Of a stretch of DNA of 64,000 nucleotides, positions 7,885-19,211 are shown piece by piece. The notes under the pieces are model-generated. The model had not been told where the DNA came from. It ran no database searches and saw nothing but the letters and a program-made list of their open reading frames with translations. The translations under genes and the position numbers were made by a program. This stretch comes from Heteronotia binoei (Eukaryota), in assembly GCF_032191835.1 (NCBI RefSeq), contig NC_083234.1, forward strand, positions 29,016,001 to 29,080,000, in the 5' to 3' direction. The first letter of the stretch is position 1. Each line of letters begins with the position of its first letter.

Positions 7885-8093
7885 GGAAGAAACTGAGTGG
7901 CTAGACGCCTCCCCCCTCGTCCGCGCATGCGCAAACGGTGGCTCCGCCCCAGGACGAGGGGGAGGCGCGCCAGATCTACGATCAAGATTGCTTTGAACTC
8001 TCCGAGGTCAGGGCCATTCTGGAGGAATACCCATATGTGTGATTGCACAGATGACCACTCGAAGATCACCAGTTACAGGTAAGAAACCTGTCC
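7885..8093. repeat. DIRS right inverted terminal repeat plus right extension
   Basis: Matches the left ITR to 8042, then a slightly diverged segment, then the extension TCACCAGTTACAGGTAAGAAACCTGTCC that is matched only by the ICR. Confidence 0.95.
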
Positions 8094-8215
8094 TTCTTTG
8101 TATGGGTTGAGTTCCATCAATATAGTACCACAGAATGTGTGCTCTTACAGCAGTACTTCTTCAGATACCAAAATACTAGCAGATATATGGACTTTCGTGC
8201 ACTTAGGGCCCAAAC

Positions 8216-8702
8216 TAGGGCTGCCAATCCCCAGTTGGGGGCAGTGGAACCCTTAGTTTGGAGGCCTTTCCCCAGCTTCAGGGTTATCAGAAAGGGGGGG
8301 GGGGATGTCTGCTGGGCACTTCATTATACCCTATGGAACCAGTCCCCATAGGATATAATGGAGAATCAATCTGTGACTATCTGGGGCTCTCAAGGGGGGC
8401 TGTTTTTTTTTGTTTTTTTAGCTAGAGGCACCAAATTTTCAGCATGGTATTCAGTGCCTCTCCTCAAAACTCCCCTCAAGTTTCGAAAAGATTGGACCAG
8501 GGGGTCTAATTCTATGAGTCCCAAAAGGTGCCCCTATTCTTCATTATTTCCAAATGGAGGGAAGGCATTTAAAAGGTGTGCAGTCCCTTTAAATGTGATG
8601 GCCAGAACCCCCTTTGGAGTTCAATCATGCTTGTCACACCTTAGCTCCTGGCTCCAGCCCCAAAGTCCCCAGATATTTCCTGAGTTGGACCTGGCAACCC
8701 TA
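8216..8702. mobile_element. Non-autonomous hAT-like DNA transposon
   Basis: TIRs TAGGGCTGCCA and TGGCAACCCTA. 8-bp TSD GCCCAAAC / GCCAAAAC (7 of 8 match). Confidence 0.8.
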
Positions 8703-9659
8703 GCCAAAACCATATAGGGCAATAAGAAATGGAAGCAGCTATTTGCATTAGGCCTGGAAATATACTGGGAGGCAGTCACTGGTTAGGGTGAACTCAGCCA
8801 ATGGCCAACAGAAGCTGCTGCCCTGGCCTCCATGCTTGTGGAGCCATAAGTTCTCACAGTGTAGTGTTACCAGACTTGGCCTGGCAAGCAACAGGAGCCC
8901 AGATGAGGCAGGGACATGGAGGAGGGTCAACAATGATATGAATTATATAAGCCTTCCAGCAAATTCTCTAGAGTTTCTGGTGATCCCTAGAGAGGAGTGA
9001 CATAACTTCTGAGTTTTCCTGGAAGTGATGTCACTCTATCACCAAAAGCAAGTTTAAAAAAATCTCCCCACCACTACCAGCTACTGGAATGCTGAAGCAA
9101 GGCCTGCTGGGTGTGGGCTATCTCTTGACCCTAGTGGGCATATGAAAAACCTTACTGCAGCCTGACCCCCACCCGTGGAAGCAGGAAAATAAAAGAACAG
9201 GTTCATCCCTCAGCAGCTGCACTCCTATCAAGCGAAAGTGAACACACACAAACACAAAGCAGCCAAAATAAAAAGCCCACACTTTTGTGATTTCATTGGG
9301 GTTTTACTCAAAGGAACTGCTGAATGTAACAATCTGCTGTATTTGCACCAACTTCTTCAGACTAGCAAGAAAACAAAAGTATATATGAGAGAGGTCTACT
9401 CTAGGGGGTGGAGTTTTCTTCCATCCCATAATCAGATTTCAGTTAACATCGCATAATCAGATTCCATGCGACTTCTGAAACAAATGCAGGGAGTATGCTG
9501 TCTTCCTCTCTCACACATTCATTGGGAAGAGCCATGTGGCTCTGCTGCTAGCCCCTCCTGATGCAGCTTTCACGTCCTAATGAGATTTAAAGGCACACAG
9601 ACATTCCAAAACACTATTAATCCTGATCATAAGGACTAGGAGTGTTGGCTGTCCCCTCA

Positions 9660-9825
9660 GCAGCCCCGCCACTAAGCAAAATAGGCAGTTACCTAGGGCA
9701 CCAGCCCTTTGGAGGCACCAAATCGGGCACCCGCATGTGCCTTGGTGACATTATCAGTGAAGGGGTGTGACAGAAGTTAACCTTGCCTAGGGTAAGGCTG
9801 GACCTGTGCTCTGGGCGTTCTTCCT
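9660..9825. mobile_element. Degenerate hAT-like MITE (family B)
   Basis: Similar to the copies at 18673 and 47434 (GCCACTAAGCAAAATAGGCAGTTACCTAGGGC). Confidence 0.55.
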
Positions 9826-11017
9826 TCTCAGGTCCTGGAATCTGAGCCCCTTTATACACCTACCTGGAAAACACCCTCAAGGAGTGCTGAAGAGTTTCCT
9901 CAAAACATTATATACATTTTATACCAGCTAGTTTGTACACAAAGAGTGCAATCTTGCTGATAGTTAGAGGCCTTCCCATTTCCAGTACTGCAAATGTAAA
10001 TGCGACCTCTAAGCAAAGGTTATGGATGTAATGCAGGAATCCAGCTGCCCAGCCACCTAGCCACACAGCTAGCTTCCTGTCCCACTAAACCTGAAGCCCA
10101 AGTAAGCTCAGCCTCCCAATAGGCTACAACAGAGCAGCATTACATATCTGGGTATCCGCAAGTCCAGAGCCACGGCTCTTTAATTAGAAGGTACATTGTA
10201 ACCAGATGTGCAATAACCAGCCTGGTCTCCAGATGTGAGCTGCAGCTTTTTATGCAAAAAGTGTAAAGGCCGGGAATAAATTAATCTTTTTTAAAGGGGT
10301 TCTGGTGCTGAAGACAGCCCAATCTTTTCTCCATGAAGGGAAAAATATATATGCCAAGGTAGCAGTTGGACTAATTATCCAACCGATCGTTCCATAGGTA
10401 TTATTAAGCACGTCAGTGCCAAGTGCCGTGTTTATGTACAGTATAAACTTGAAGTCTAATTGACTTCATCTCCTTGGAACTTCGCACACTGAGTAACATC
10501 TGTGCCTGATGTTGTTTTATGAAGTGCTGACTCCATCAGGAAAGATGGGGGAAAGGAAAGGCAGGCTCAACGCAATCTGCGCAGCTTGGTTCTGGGAGCT
10601 GCCTCAGGCTGCTGGCAAGAACTGACTCTAGGCCAAATTAAACTGGGAGACGCAGGGATGGATTTCCCGTTTTTATTATTATATTATTATCTGCAAATAG
10701 TAGCTTGGGGAGGGAGGGGATTGAGATTGGAGGAGCCAACCTGGAGAAGTGGAGATTAACTCTTTCTGTCCATACCATTTTTCTCAACCTCAAATTCCCT
10801 CCCCTCCCTCCCCCCAAGCTATCATTTGTCCCACTAAGGAAAACATATGGCTAATATACAGAAGCATGTGTGCTTTCACAAATGAGACAAATAGCAGCTC
10901 CAAGAGGGCAGTCTGAGATTAGGCAAACGGGATGGTGGGAGGATTAATCCCTCTTCCTCTTACCTGAGGATTGGGGAACCTTCCCAGTGTTTAAAGCTAC
11001 TTGACTGATAAGGTTTG

Positions 11018-11225
11018 GGGAGGGACGGTGGCTCAGTGGTAGAGCATCTGCTTGGGAAGCATAAGGTCCCAGGTTCAATCCCTGGCATCTCCAAAAAAGG
11101 GTCCAGGCAAATAGGTGTGAAAAACCTCAGCTTGAGACCCTGGAGAGCCGCTGCCAGTCTGAGAAGACAATACTGACTTTGATGGACCAAGGATCTGATT
11201 CAGTATAAGGCAGCTTCATATATTT
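11018..11225 (+). mobile_element. tRNA-derived SINE, Squam3-like
   Basis: Pol III box A TGGCTCAGTGG and box B GGTTCAATCC, ending in AAGGCAGCTTCATAT. Near-identical copy at 50579. Confidence 0.85.
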
Positions 11226-11425
11226 GTGACTCTTGGTGGACTTCAGGGCTCACCTGAAAGGTAGACCCATTGTAATTAAGAGGTAATGAAGAGAGGGCGG
11301 AACTGCTCCATTCCTACTTTTCCTCAGTCTTCTCTTTTGAGGGAAACGGCGCTCAACATAGCATAAACAGAACATATAAGGAGGGTATAAAGTTCCAACC
11401 TAGGATCAGCATAGGGGTAGTACAT

Positions 11426-12973
11426 AAACACCTAGTTTCTTTAAATGAAACTAAGTCCTCAGGGCCAGATGACTTGCATCCAAGGGTTCTAAAAGAGCTT
11501 GCGGATGTAATTTCTGAGCCTCTGGCTATTATTTTTGAGAATTCTTGGAGAGGTGCCGGAAGATTGGAGGCGGGCGAATGTTGTCCCCATCTTCAAGAAG
11601 GGGAAAAAAGATGATTCGGATAACTACTGACCCATCAGCTTGATGTCTATACCTGGAAAAGTTTTAAAACAAAACACCAGTCGGTTCTGGAACATTTAGA
11701 AAGAATGCATGTACTAAGAGCCAGCATGGTTTTCTCAAGAACAAGTCAAGTCAGACTAACCTGATCTCTTTTTTTGAGAAAGTGACTACCTTGCTGGATC
11801 GAGGGAACGCTGTAGACATCATTTATCTTGATTTCAGTAAGGCTTTTGATAAAGTTCCACAAACTATCCTTGTTGACAAGTTGGTAAAATGTGGTTTGGA
11901 TTCTGTTACCATTAGGTGAATCTGTAACTGGTTGACAGATCGCATCCAAAGAGTGCATGTGAATGGTTCCTCATCCTCTTGGAGAGGAGTGACAAGTGGA
12001 GTGCCTCAAGGATCTGTCCTGGGACCTGTTTTGTTCAACATCTTTATCAATTATTTGGATGAAGGAATAGAGGGAATGCTTATTAAATTTGCAGATGATA
12101 CTAAATTGGGAGGGGTTGCAAACACAGAAGAAAACAGAAACAGGATGACTTTGACAGGCTGGAAAACTGGGCTAAAATTAATAAAATGAATTTTAACAGG
12201 GATAAATGTAAAGTTCTGCATTTAGGTAGGAAAAATCCAATGCATGGTAATAGGATGGGGGAGACTTGTCTTAGCAGTAGTATGTGTGAAAAGGATCTAG
12301 GGGTCTTAGTGGATCATACGCTGAACATGAGTCAACAGTGTGATGCGGTGGCTAAAAAGGCAAATGCAATTTTGGGCTGTATCAACAGAAGTATAGTGTC
12401 CAGATCACGTGATGTGATGGTATTGCTTTACTCCGCTCCGGTAAGACCTCACCTGGAGTATTGTGTTCAATTTTGGGCACCACATTTTAAGAAGGATATA
12501 AACAAGCTGGAACGAGGAGGGCAACAAAGATGGCGAGTGGTCTGGAGACCAAGTCCTATGAGGAAAGGTTGAAGGAGCTGGGGATGTTCAGCCTGGAGAG
12601 GAGACAGCTGAGAGGTGATACGATCACCATCTTCAAGTACTTGAAGGGCTGTCATATAGAGGATGGTGTGGAATTATTTTCTGTGGCCCCGGAAGGTAGG
12701 ACCAGAACCAATAGGTTGAAATTAAATTAAAAGAATTTCAGGTTCAACATTAGGAAGAACTTCCTGACCATTAGAGCGATTCCTCAGTGGAACAGGCTTC
12801 CTCAGGAGGTGGTGGGTTCTCCTTCCTTGGAGGTTTTTAAACAGAGGCTAGATGGCCATCTGACAGCAATGAAGATCCTGTGAATTTAGGGGGAGGTGTT
12901 TGTGAATTCCCTGCATTGTGCAGGGGGCTGGACTAGATGACCCTAGAGGTCCCTTCCAACTCTATGATTCTAT
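11426..12973 (+). mobile_element. 5'-truncated, degenerate CR1 LINE
   Basis: RT fragments [26 protein letters not shown] and RPHLEYCVQFW. Ends in the CR1-type tail CTATGATTCTAT. Confidence 0.92.
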
Positions 12974-13234
12974 AATTGTCTTCAACAGGATACCTTTGGA
13001 AGAACCACCTGCAAGCTTGCTTTATTTTAAATAAAAAAGACATGACGAGGAGTCCTGATGTTTTTTTTTCTTCTGAGCATGCTGCTATCGCTGGCACAAA
13101 ATCTCCTTTGCATTTCCTTGTTTGTTTGGATATTTGTGTGTGCGTGTGCACATGTGCCTGTAAGTAATGGTGACCTCTAGCAACTCCTGCTGGGACATGC
13201 AAGACATTAGGAGAAGTTGATTGATAGCCTACCT

Positions 13235-13350
13235 CTGTCTTCCAACCCTGGTATTCTGTGGAGGTCTCCCATCCAAGTCCTTGGCAGAGTTGATCCTGCT
13301 TAGCTTCTGAGATCTGACAAGATCGGGCTTGCCAGGGTGATCCAGGTCTG
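13235..13350 (-). mobile_element. 5S rRNA-derived SINE fragment
   Basis: Reverse complement contains GATCTTGTCAGATCTCAGAAGCTAAGCAGG...CTTGGATGGGAGACC, which is 5S rRNA-like. Confidence 0.75.
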
Positions 13351-13940
13351 CATTTGTTAATCCAACCATACATAATGCAAGTATGCTGTAAAAAGGAGGT
13401 GTCCTATTTTGGCAACAGAGAACCTTTCCGGTCATGAAAATAAGCCATCTGACCCCTCCCCACAAGTATAAGAGAGAGGGTAGAATGCACTAAACTTTGG
13501 GAAATGAATAGTCCTTTCCAGGGCAGTTTTAATGATTCCAGAAACAGATCACAGTTTCCCACCACTCCCAAGTGAGGGATGGTAAGTTGTAAGGTGTGTG
13601 GGAGCTGGGATAGGAGGAAGTGGCAGCAGGATGCTGTTCTTCTTTTCCCTCTTCTTTAGGGGGGAATGGGGCTGTGGGCAGTTCCCCTCTCCAAGTGCAG
13701 TCTCAAGGCAGCTGCCCCTGTTCCCTGTAGCTAAGACTGCCCCTGGAGCTTCCCCTTTCCTCAAGGCCTGTATTCTACTGCTCTCAGCTCTGCAAAGAGT
13801 GAAGCTGTCCCCAAGCCTAAGGAGTGTTCCTTTGATGGAAGAGGCCACACATTGGAGGAAGGTTCCTTAGGCTGGAGAAAGGCTTCATTGAGTAGAGCTG
13901 TCCAATGCAGATCAGTGGTTGGTATGAGGAGCAGCAGGAG

Positions 13941-14166
13941 GAGAAGAGATTGGATTTATCCCCTGCCTCTCACTCAGAGTCTCAGAGTCTTCCTCTCCCC
14001 ACAACAGACACCCTGTGAGGCAGGTGGGGCTGAGAGAGCTCTTTTGAGAACTGCTCTTGAGAGAGAAGCTCTTTCAAGAACTGTGACTGATCCAAGGTCA
14101 CCCAGCTGGCTGCATGCGAAAGAGAGGGGAATCAGAGTGTCTTAACCACTACACCAAACTGGCTCT
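13941..14166 (-). mobile_element. tRNA/CORE-like SINE (Squam2/MIR-like)
   Basis: Head AGCCAGTTTGGTGTAGTGGTTAAG, CORE-like GTGACCTTGG segment and L2-like tail. Same family as 15095, 25453 and 35554. Confidence 0.75.
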
Positions 14167-14311
14167 GGAGCTGGTTCACATATTAATTTGTCGATATTTG
14201 ATGGTTCTCATTTTGAATATGTGAATGGCCAACATCAAACGGCATTATATTTAATGAAATAAGAAGAGGTTATAAGAAGAAATTACTTATATCCCATTTA
14301 TACAGATACAG

Positions 14312-14320
<9 letters not shown>

Positions 14321-14364
<44 letters not shown>
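14321..14364. repeat. (AG)n microsatellite
   Basis: 22 perfect AG units after an A run. Confidence 0.97.
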
Positions 14365-14365
<1 letters not shown>

Positions 14366-15094
14366 AAGGAAGGACAAACTGTATCTACAAACAGGAATAG
14401 ATTTTTTAAAAACCCTTTTGTTACTAAAATGGCACTAGGTGGCACTGTTGCTATAGTAAACATCCTTTTTGTAATTTTTTGTGCTGCCTCCAGCATCAAA
14501 GGAGAAATACTTTCCAAATTATTGACATTAATAAAAGACTGAACTTTGCAAGTTTTAAACCAGGATGTTGCAATCAAACAATTTGGCATTCATCTAGCTG
14601 CATCTCCACTAGGAGAGCGAAGCAAATCAGAAGGGCACCGTAAATTGGATCAGTGTCCGCTAGAGACAAGCACACCAAGTTTCAAATTCAGGAAATATTC
14701 CCACTTTCTCCAGATTGATTTCATTCTTTTCTAAAAGAATCCATCTTCTCCCAAAAACTCATCTTTTCAAATACAGTTGAAATTCCACAGCACACTCTCA
14801 ACCACTTTAAATTACAGCCTGTATGGCTGCATTCTGTTTTCTTTGAACACACAAAAAATTACTACCCCCCTCTAAAAAGCTTGAAGAAATTATGTTCTCT
14901 ATGGGGGGGGGGGGGGGAGTCTGAACCTGGGTAGTACCACTTCAGTATGTGGGGGACTACTAACACTATTGAATGCTCTTCCATACCAAAAAGATTCCTT
15001 TACAGAGAATACTGGCACATCAGAGAGAAGAGAAGCAGCTAAATCTTGTCCCTTGTATGATAGTTTTCTGGGTGAGAATAATTTCTTTGTACAT

Positions 15095-15364
15095 GAAGAA
15101 GAAGATATTGGATTTATATCCCGCCATCCACTCCGAAGAGTCTCAGAATGGCTCACAATCTCCTTTACCTTCCTCCCCCACAATAGACACCCTGTGAGGT
15201 GGGTGGGGCTGGAGAGGGCTCTCACAGCAGCTGCCCTTTCAAGGACAACCTCTGCCAGAGCTATGGCTGACCCAAGGCCATGCTAGCAGGTACAAGTGGA
15301 GGAGTGGGGAATCAAACCCGGTTCTCCCAGATAAAGAGTCCGCACACTTAACCACTACACTAAA
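15095..15364 (-). mobile_element. tRNA/CORE-like SINE (Squam2/MIR-like)
   Basis: Full-length copy with a (CTT)n tail on the element strand. Box B GGTTTGATTCC is present on the minus strand. Confidence 0.8.
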
Positions 15365-17793
15365 GTGTAGTGTAAAGCATTCTTTATCTGAAGTGGTACA
15401 CTCCAATGCTTTAAAACATTGCAACGTTTCCTTTGCCTGGCTCTTCTGGAAGCTCATTAGCCTGTGCACCTTCGTTTCTGTCTTCTTCATACTCTAAAGT
15501 AGTTATTTAGGGCAGCTCTCGGTTCATTTCTACCCACAGACCCTTACATTAAAATAATAACAACAACAATCATTTGCTCTGTGGAAGCTGTTTATTCTCA
15601 GAGTATAAATGTAGAGAGATAAGTGGTTTCCAAGATCTGATTTGGTTATACTCCCTAAATATTGCAGGCAATGCTTAAAATAACCATTTGTACTTTTGTA
15701 TGTTTATCTTCAGCTAATGCAAATGTGTGTTCATGGGGGAAGGCTTGTAACAGGCTTGTTCTAACATTTTAACAGCAGGATGGGGAAAGACTGGCTGGAA
15801 GAAAGCACTGGCGTTCCTTCTGGTTTCTCACGTAGAACCAGGGCTGTGAAAGCACCAATGCCTGCTGCTTTGTTGGGCTAGGTAGCAATAATCAGCGCTG
15901 CAAAAAACCAGCCTTCGTCACCACTGATTGCTTTAATGTGATGGAGGCCTTCTAAAAGCCAAGTATTACATTCAGCATATGAAAAATACTAACGTCTCCA
16001 TTTTCAAAGTGTCATTCATAGTTAAAAGGCTAGCCATTAAGGAGATACCAGGATCCAGAAATCAGACTCCTGCAAGTTAGGAGTCAAAGAAAGAAGTTAA
16101 AAGCCAGAGATGTAGCTAGAGATTTAGCCAAGGGCCACACCAAAACAAGAGGCAAGAGGGCCAGTACCAGGAAGGCTGCCAAAGGAAATCTAAGCCTGAA
16201 TGAGAAGCCTTTATAGACCTTCCTTGTGAGGGCTGGGACTGGGAGGCCCAGTGCCCCCCCCCCCCCCCCCACCTAGTGGCTGCTGCTGTCACATAGGGCA
16301 ACATCACAAAGATTTGTGAGTGCAATCATGATTTTAATCCAGGCAGGTCCCGACAAAAGGCACTAGTGTGGCAGAAATTAATCTTAATTCTGAACAAGCA
16401 CAAGTGAATGCCAGCAATCAGCTTTACTTCAGTACAATGTGATTTTTTGATAAGCTAGTTTTCTGCATGGCCATGTCAAGTTGTAAAGGAATCTCACAAT
16501 CTCCTGACTGCCCTGCTGGATTTGTGGTTTATGATTAGGGTCCCTCCCGGGCAGCAAAGATAACCAGTTTGCATGTGATAAAGAAATCCATCCTCTGCTT
16601 CTAAAAGGAGTTGGAGTAGTCCCAGCAAGAATTTGCTGATGGAGGCCTTTGTATTTTATGTTCTTCATTTGCAAAATGAAACTTTACCTTGTTCATGCAA
16701 CTGTAACTGAAGGATCCTGTATAACACCAAAAGTCCAGGAAGGCATTTTGTCACAATGCTATAGCAAAGAATGCCCAAATGCCAAAGCAACATGAAGAAG
16801 AAAAAATGACTTTTAAACTATGGATAGTGGGCATTTGTTTATGAAATCATACATCATCTTACAATGTCCTCCCATGCAAAGAGGTCTCCCACCATGGGCA
16901 AATTTGTTTAAATTGCATGGATTAAGAAATTTTAGTTAAAAACCAGATGGTTAACAAACACAAAATAATGAATCAGTCAACAGCCTAACATCAATGAATA
17001 TATCAGGGTCTCTGTCTTCAAGAGGGGCTCTAGCATCTGATTGAAATGTCTGGAGATGTTGATAAATTTCATCTGGCGACTAATCTTAAAAGTAACACCA
17101 GTCAGAGGAGCTGGCTGAGGTTTAGATTACCCACATGGCTCTGGGGAAAAAACCTTTTAATTTAGTTGAGTAACCTCTATGGTCCTGAAAACAGCATGGA
17201 GTCAACTTCACCTTCTACTTTCTTTCCTCAGTTTCTAACAGATGTTGCAATATGCCTACAAACCCCTGGAATTGCTTTGAATTCAGTTGTTCCAGTATTG
17301 AAGCATGAATTTTTAGCTCTCAGCCAGTTATTTATTCTTTGGACAGAATCCCCGCTAGCTTTTGCATTGCTTCCCCCTTGATGAGAAATATCACCATTCT
17401 CATCCATTTTAGTGAAATAAATCACAGGCAAGTCTTAAGGTTTCATTTGTTTGTTTACTTTGGATATTTATACTCTGCTTTTCTCCCCCTTGGGGACCCA
17501 GAGTGTCTTACAACATCCTTTTTGCATCCTTTATGTATCCTCACAACAAAAACTTGTGAAGGTTTCATTTGGTCAGAAAAGGACTATTGTGCTTTTAAAC
17601 AGTAGCCAGGTGTGCAGAAATACAAGGATGTTTAAAATAGCCCTGGAACAAACTGAGCTCAGTGGTCTCTCCTTGGAAGGTCACAGTGCTGTAGATTTTG
17701 CTCATCTGAGACACAGGCTGGGACAACAATGACAATGGATGGCAAAAAAGTCTGCTAGGTTCTATCCCCAGGACAGAAAGACATACCTGTGTT

Positions 17794-17965
17794 CAGGGCT
17801 TTTTTTGTTGCAGGAACTCCTTTGCATATTAGGACACACACCCCAATGTAGCCAATCCTCCAAGAGCTGACAGGGCTCTTAGTACTTGTAAGCTCCAGGA
17901 GGATTGGCTACATCAGGGTGAGTGGCCTAATATGCAAAGTGGTTCCTGCTACAAAAAAAGCCCTA
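17794..17965. mobile_element. Palindromic MITE (CAGGGCTTTTTTTG termini)
   Basis: Arms CAGGGCTTTTTTTGTTGCAGGAAC...TGCATATTAGG and CCTAATATGCA...GTTCCTGCTACAAAAAAAGCCCT. A partial duplicate of its interior lies at about 17985-18020. Confidence 0.75.
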
Positions 17966-18672
17966 CCTGCATCTGAGGAACTCTTAGTACTGTAAGCTCC
18001 AGGAGGATTGGCTACATCAAGGAAGCAGACTTGCTCGCAGGCCTGATAAAGCCCTCTGGGGGCTTGATTTATCCCCCAGGCTGAATGTTTGACACCTCTG
18101 ATCTAGAGATACCAGAGATTGAACCTGAGTCTTCCTGCATGCCAAGTAAATATTCTACCACTGAGCCACAATTATAAAGTGTCTTTACAGTCCTTATTTC
18201 CTTCCGGAAACTGATTGGCTTCTGTGCAGTCTAAGCAGAAAGGATTAAGCATGGATGCACAACAGACACAGAATAAAAGTGTTCCTGTTTGAGTTGAGCT
18301 TTTAAAGCTGTTCTCTTATGGCTAGAGTCACCTGTAAAATAGGATTGGCTCTACTTATTGGTGTGAGAATTACTAAGATCAAGGATAGAAAAAAAAATCC
18401 TTTTGCCCCCAAAATACTAAATGCTATTAAAGTAGATTAAGCTCTCCTCTCGATAGTCATTCCGATTATTCACAGAGCAATGCGGCATCCCCCAAAGTCC
18501 AGGCATGATGATTCCAACAGGAATGTGATGCTTTGAGAACACAGGGTGGCTTTTCTTGGTCTCACGAAGATGCTTTCTGGTTCTAAGATTGATGTTTTTA
18601 TTCTTTATCTTTTAATTTTCATTATTTATGTTTTAAAACCATCAAATAGGACGTGGTAAAACGCCTCAGAAG

Positions 18673-18805
18673 CCGGGCTGGCTCTGCCACTAGGCAATTG
18701 CCTAGGGTGCCGGCCTTCTGGGGGCATCAAATTGGGCCCCCCCCCATGTGACTCTGTGACATTATCATGTGGGGAGGGGCGCCAGACAGTCTAGGGCCAG
18801 CCCTG
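18673..18805. mobile_element. hAT-like MITE (family B)
   Basis: Termini CCGGGCTGG and CCAGCCCTG. TSD CTCAGAAG / CTCAGAAA (7 of 8 match). Confidence 0.75.
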
Positions 18806-19211
18806 CTCAGAAACCTTTGACTGTGACAAGGTACATTTTTTAAAAAAAGATAATAAATTTACAAAATGAGATTATTTGATCCTCTGAAGATTCATTACAT
18901 GAAATATCATAGGCAAGAATAAATTCAGGGAAAACAAACTTCCATGTTGAAAGGCAGTGTATGCCTCTAAATGCCAATTGCAGGGGAGTGAGCAACATCG
19001 GAGGAAAGACTTTGTTGCCTCTGCTTTTGGCCCTTTGAGGGAATCAGTTGCCCACTGTGAGAAGTAGCAGACCTGATTCAGCAGGGTGGTTGTGTTCTTA
19101 TAAGATATCCCCTTCACCACCACCACCCACACACCCCAGAATGAATAATCCAAGCATGCTTTAAAAAGCAGCAGGTAGATTTATGTTCGCTTGTAGTAAT
19201 GATGTGCCTTG

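Larger units (their letters stand above)
2007..8093 (+). mobile_element. Full-length, apparently intact DIRS1-like tyrosine-recombinase retrotransposon (6087 bp)
   Basis: Inverted terminal repeats, an ICR complementary to both termini, and three long uninterrupted overlapping ORFs (Gag; RT/RNase H/MT; YR). No conventional TSD. Visibly CpG-rich compared with the flanks. Confidence 0.97.

Noticed and set aside
9304-9361. Possible minus-strand terminal exon (good acceptor ttttgttttcttgctag; LKKLVQIQQIVTFSSSFE* or SEEVGANTADCYIQQFL*)
   Set aside because: The peptide was not recognised and no partner exons were found. An isolated acceptor match is common by chance.
11018-11095. tRNA-like sequence with box A and box B
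   Set aside because: It is a SINE head with no intact cloverleaf, and it continues into a repeated SINE body.
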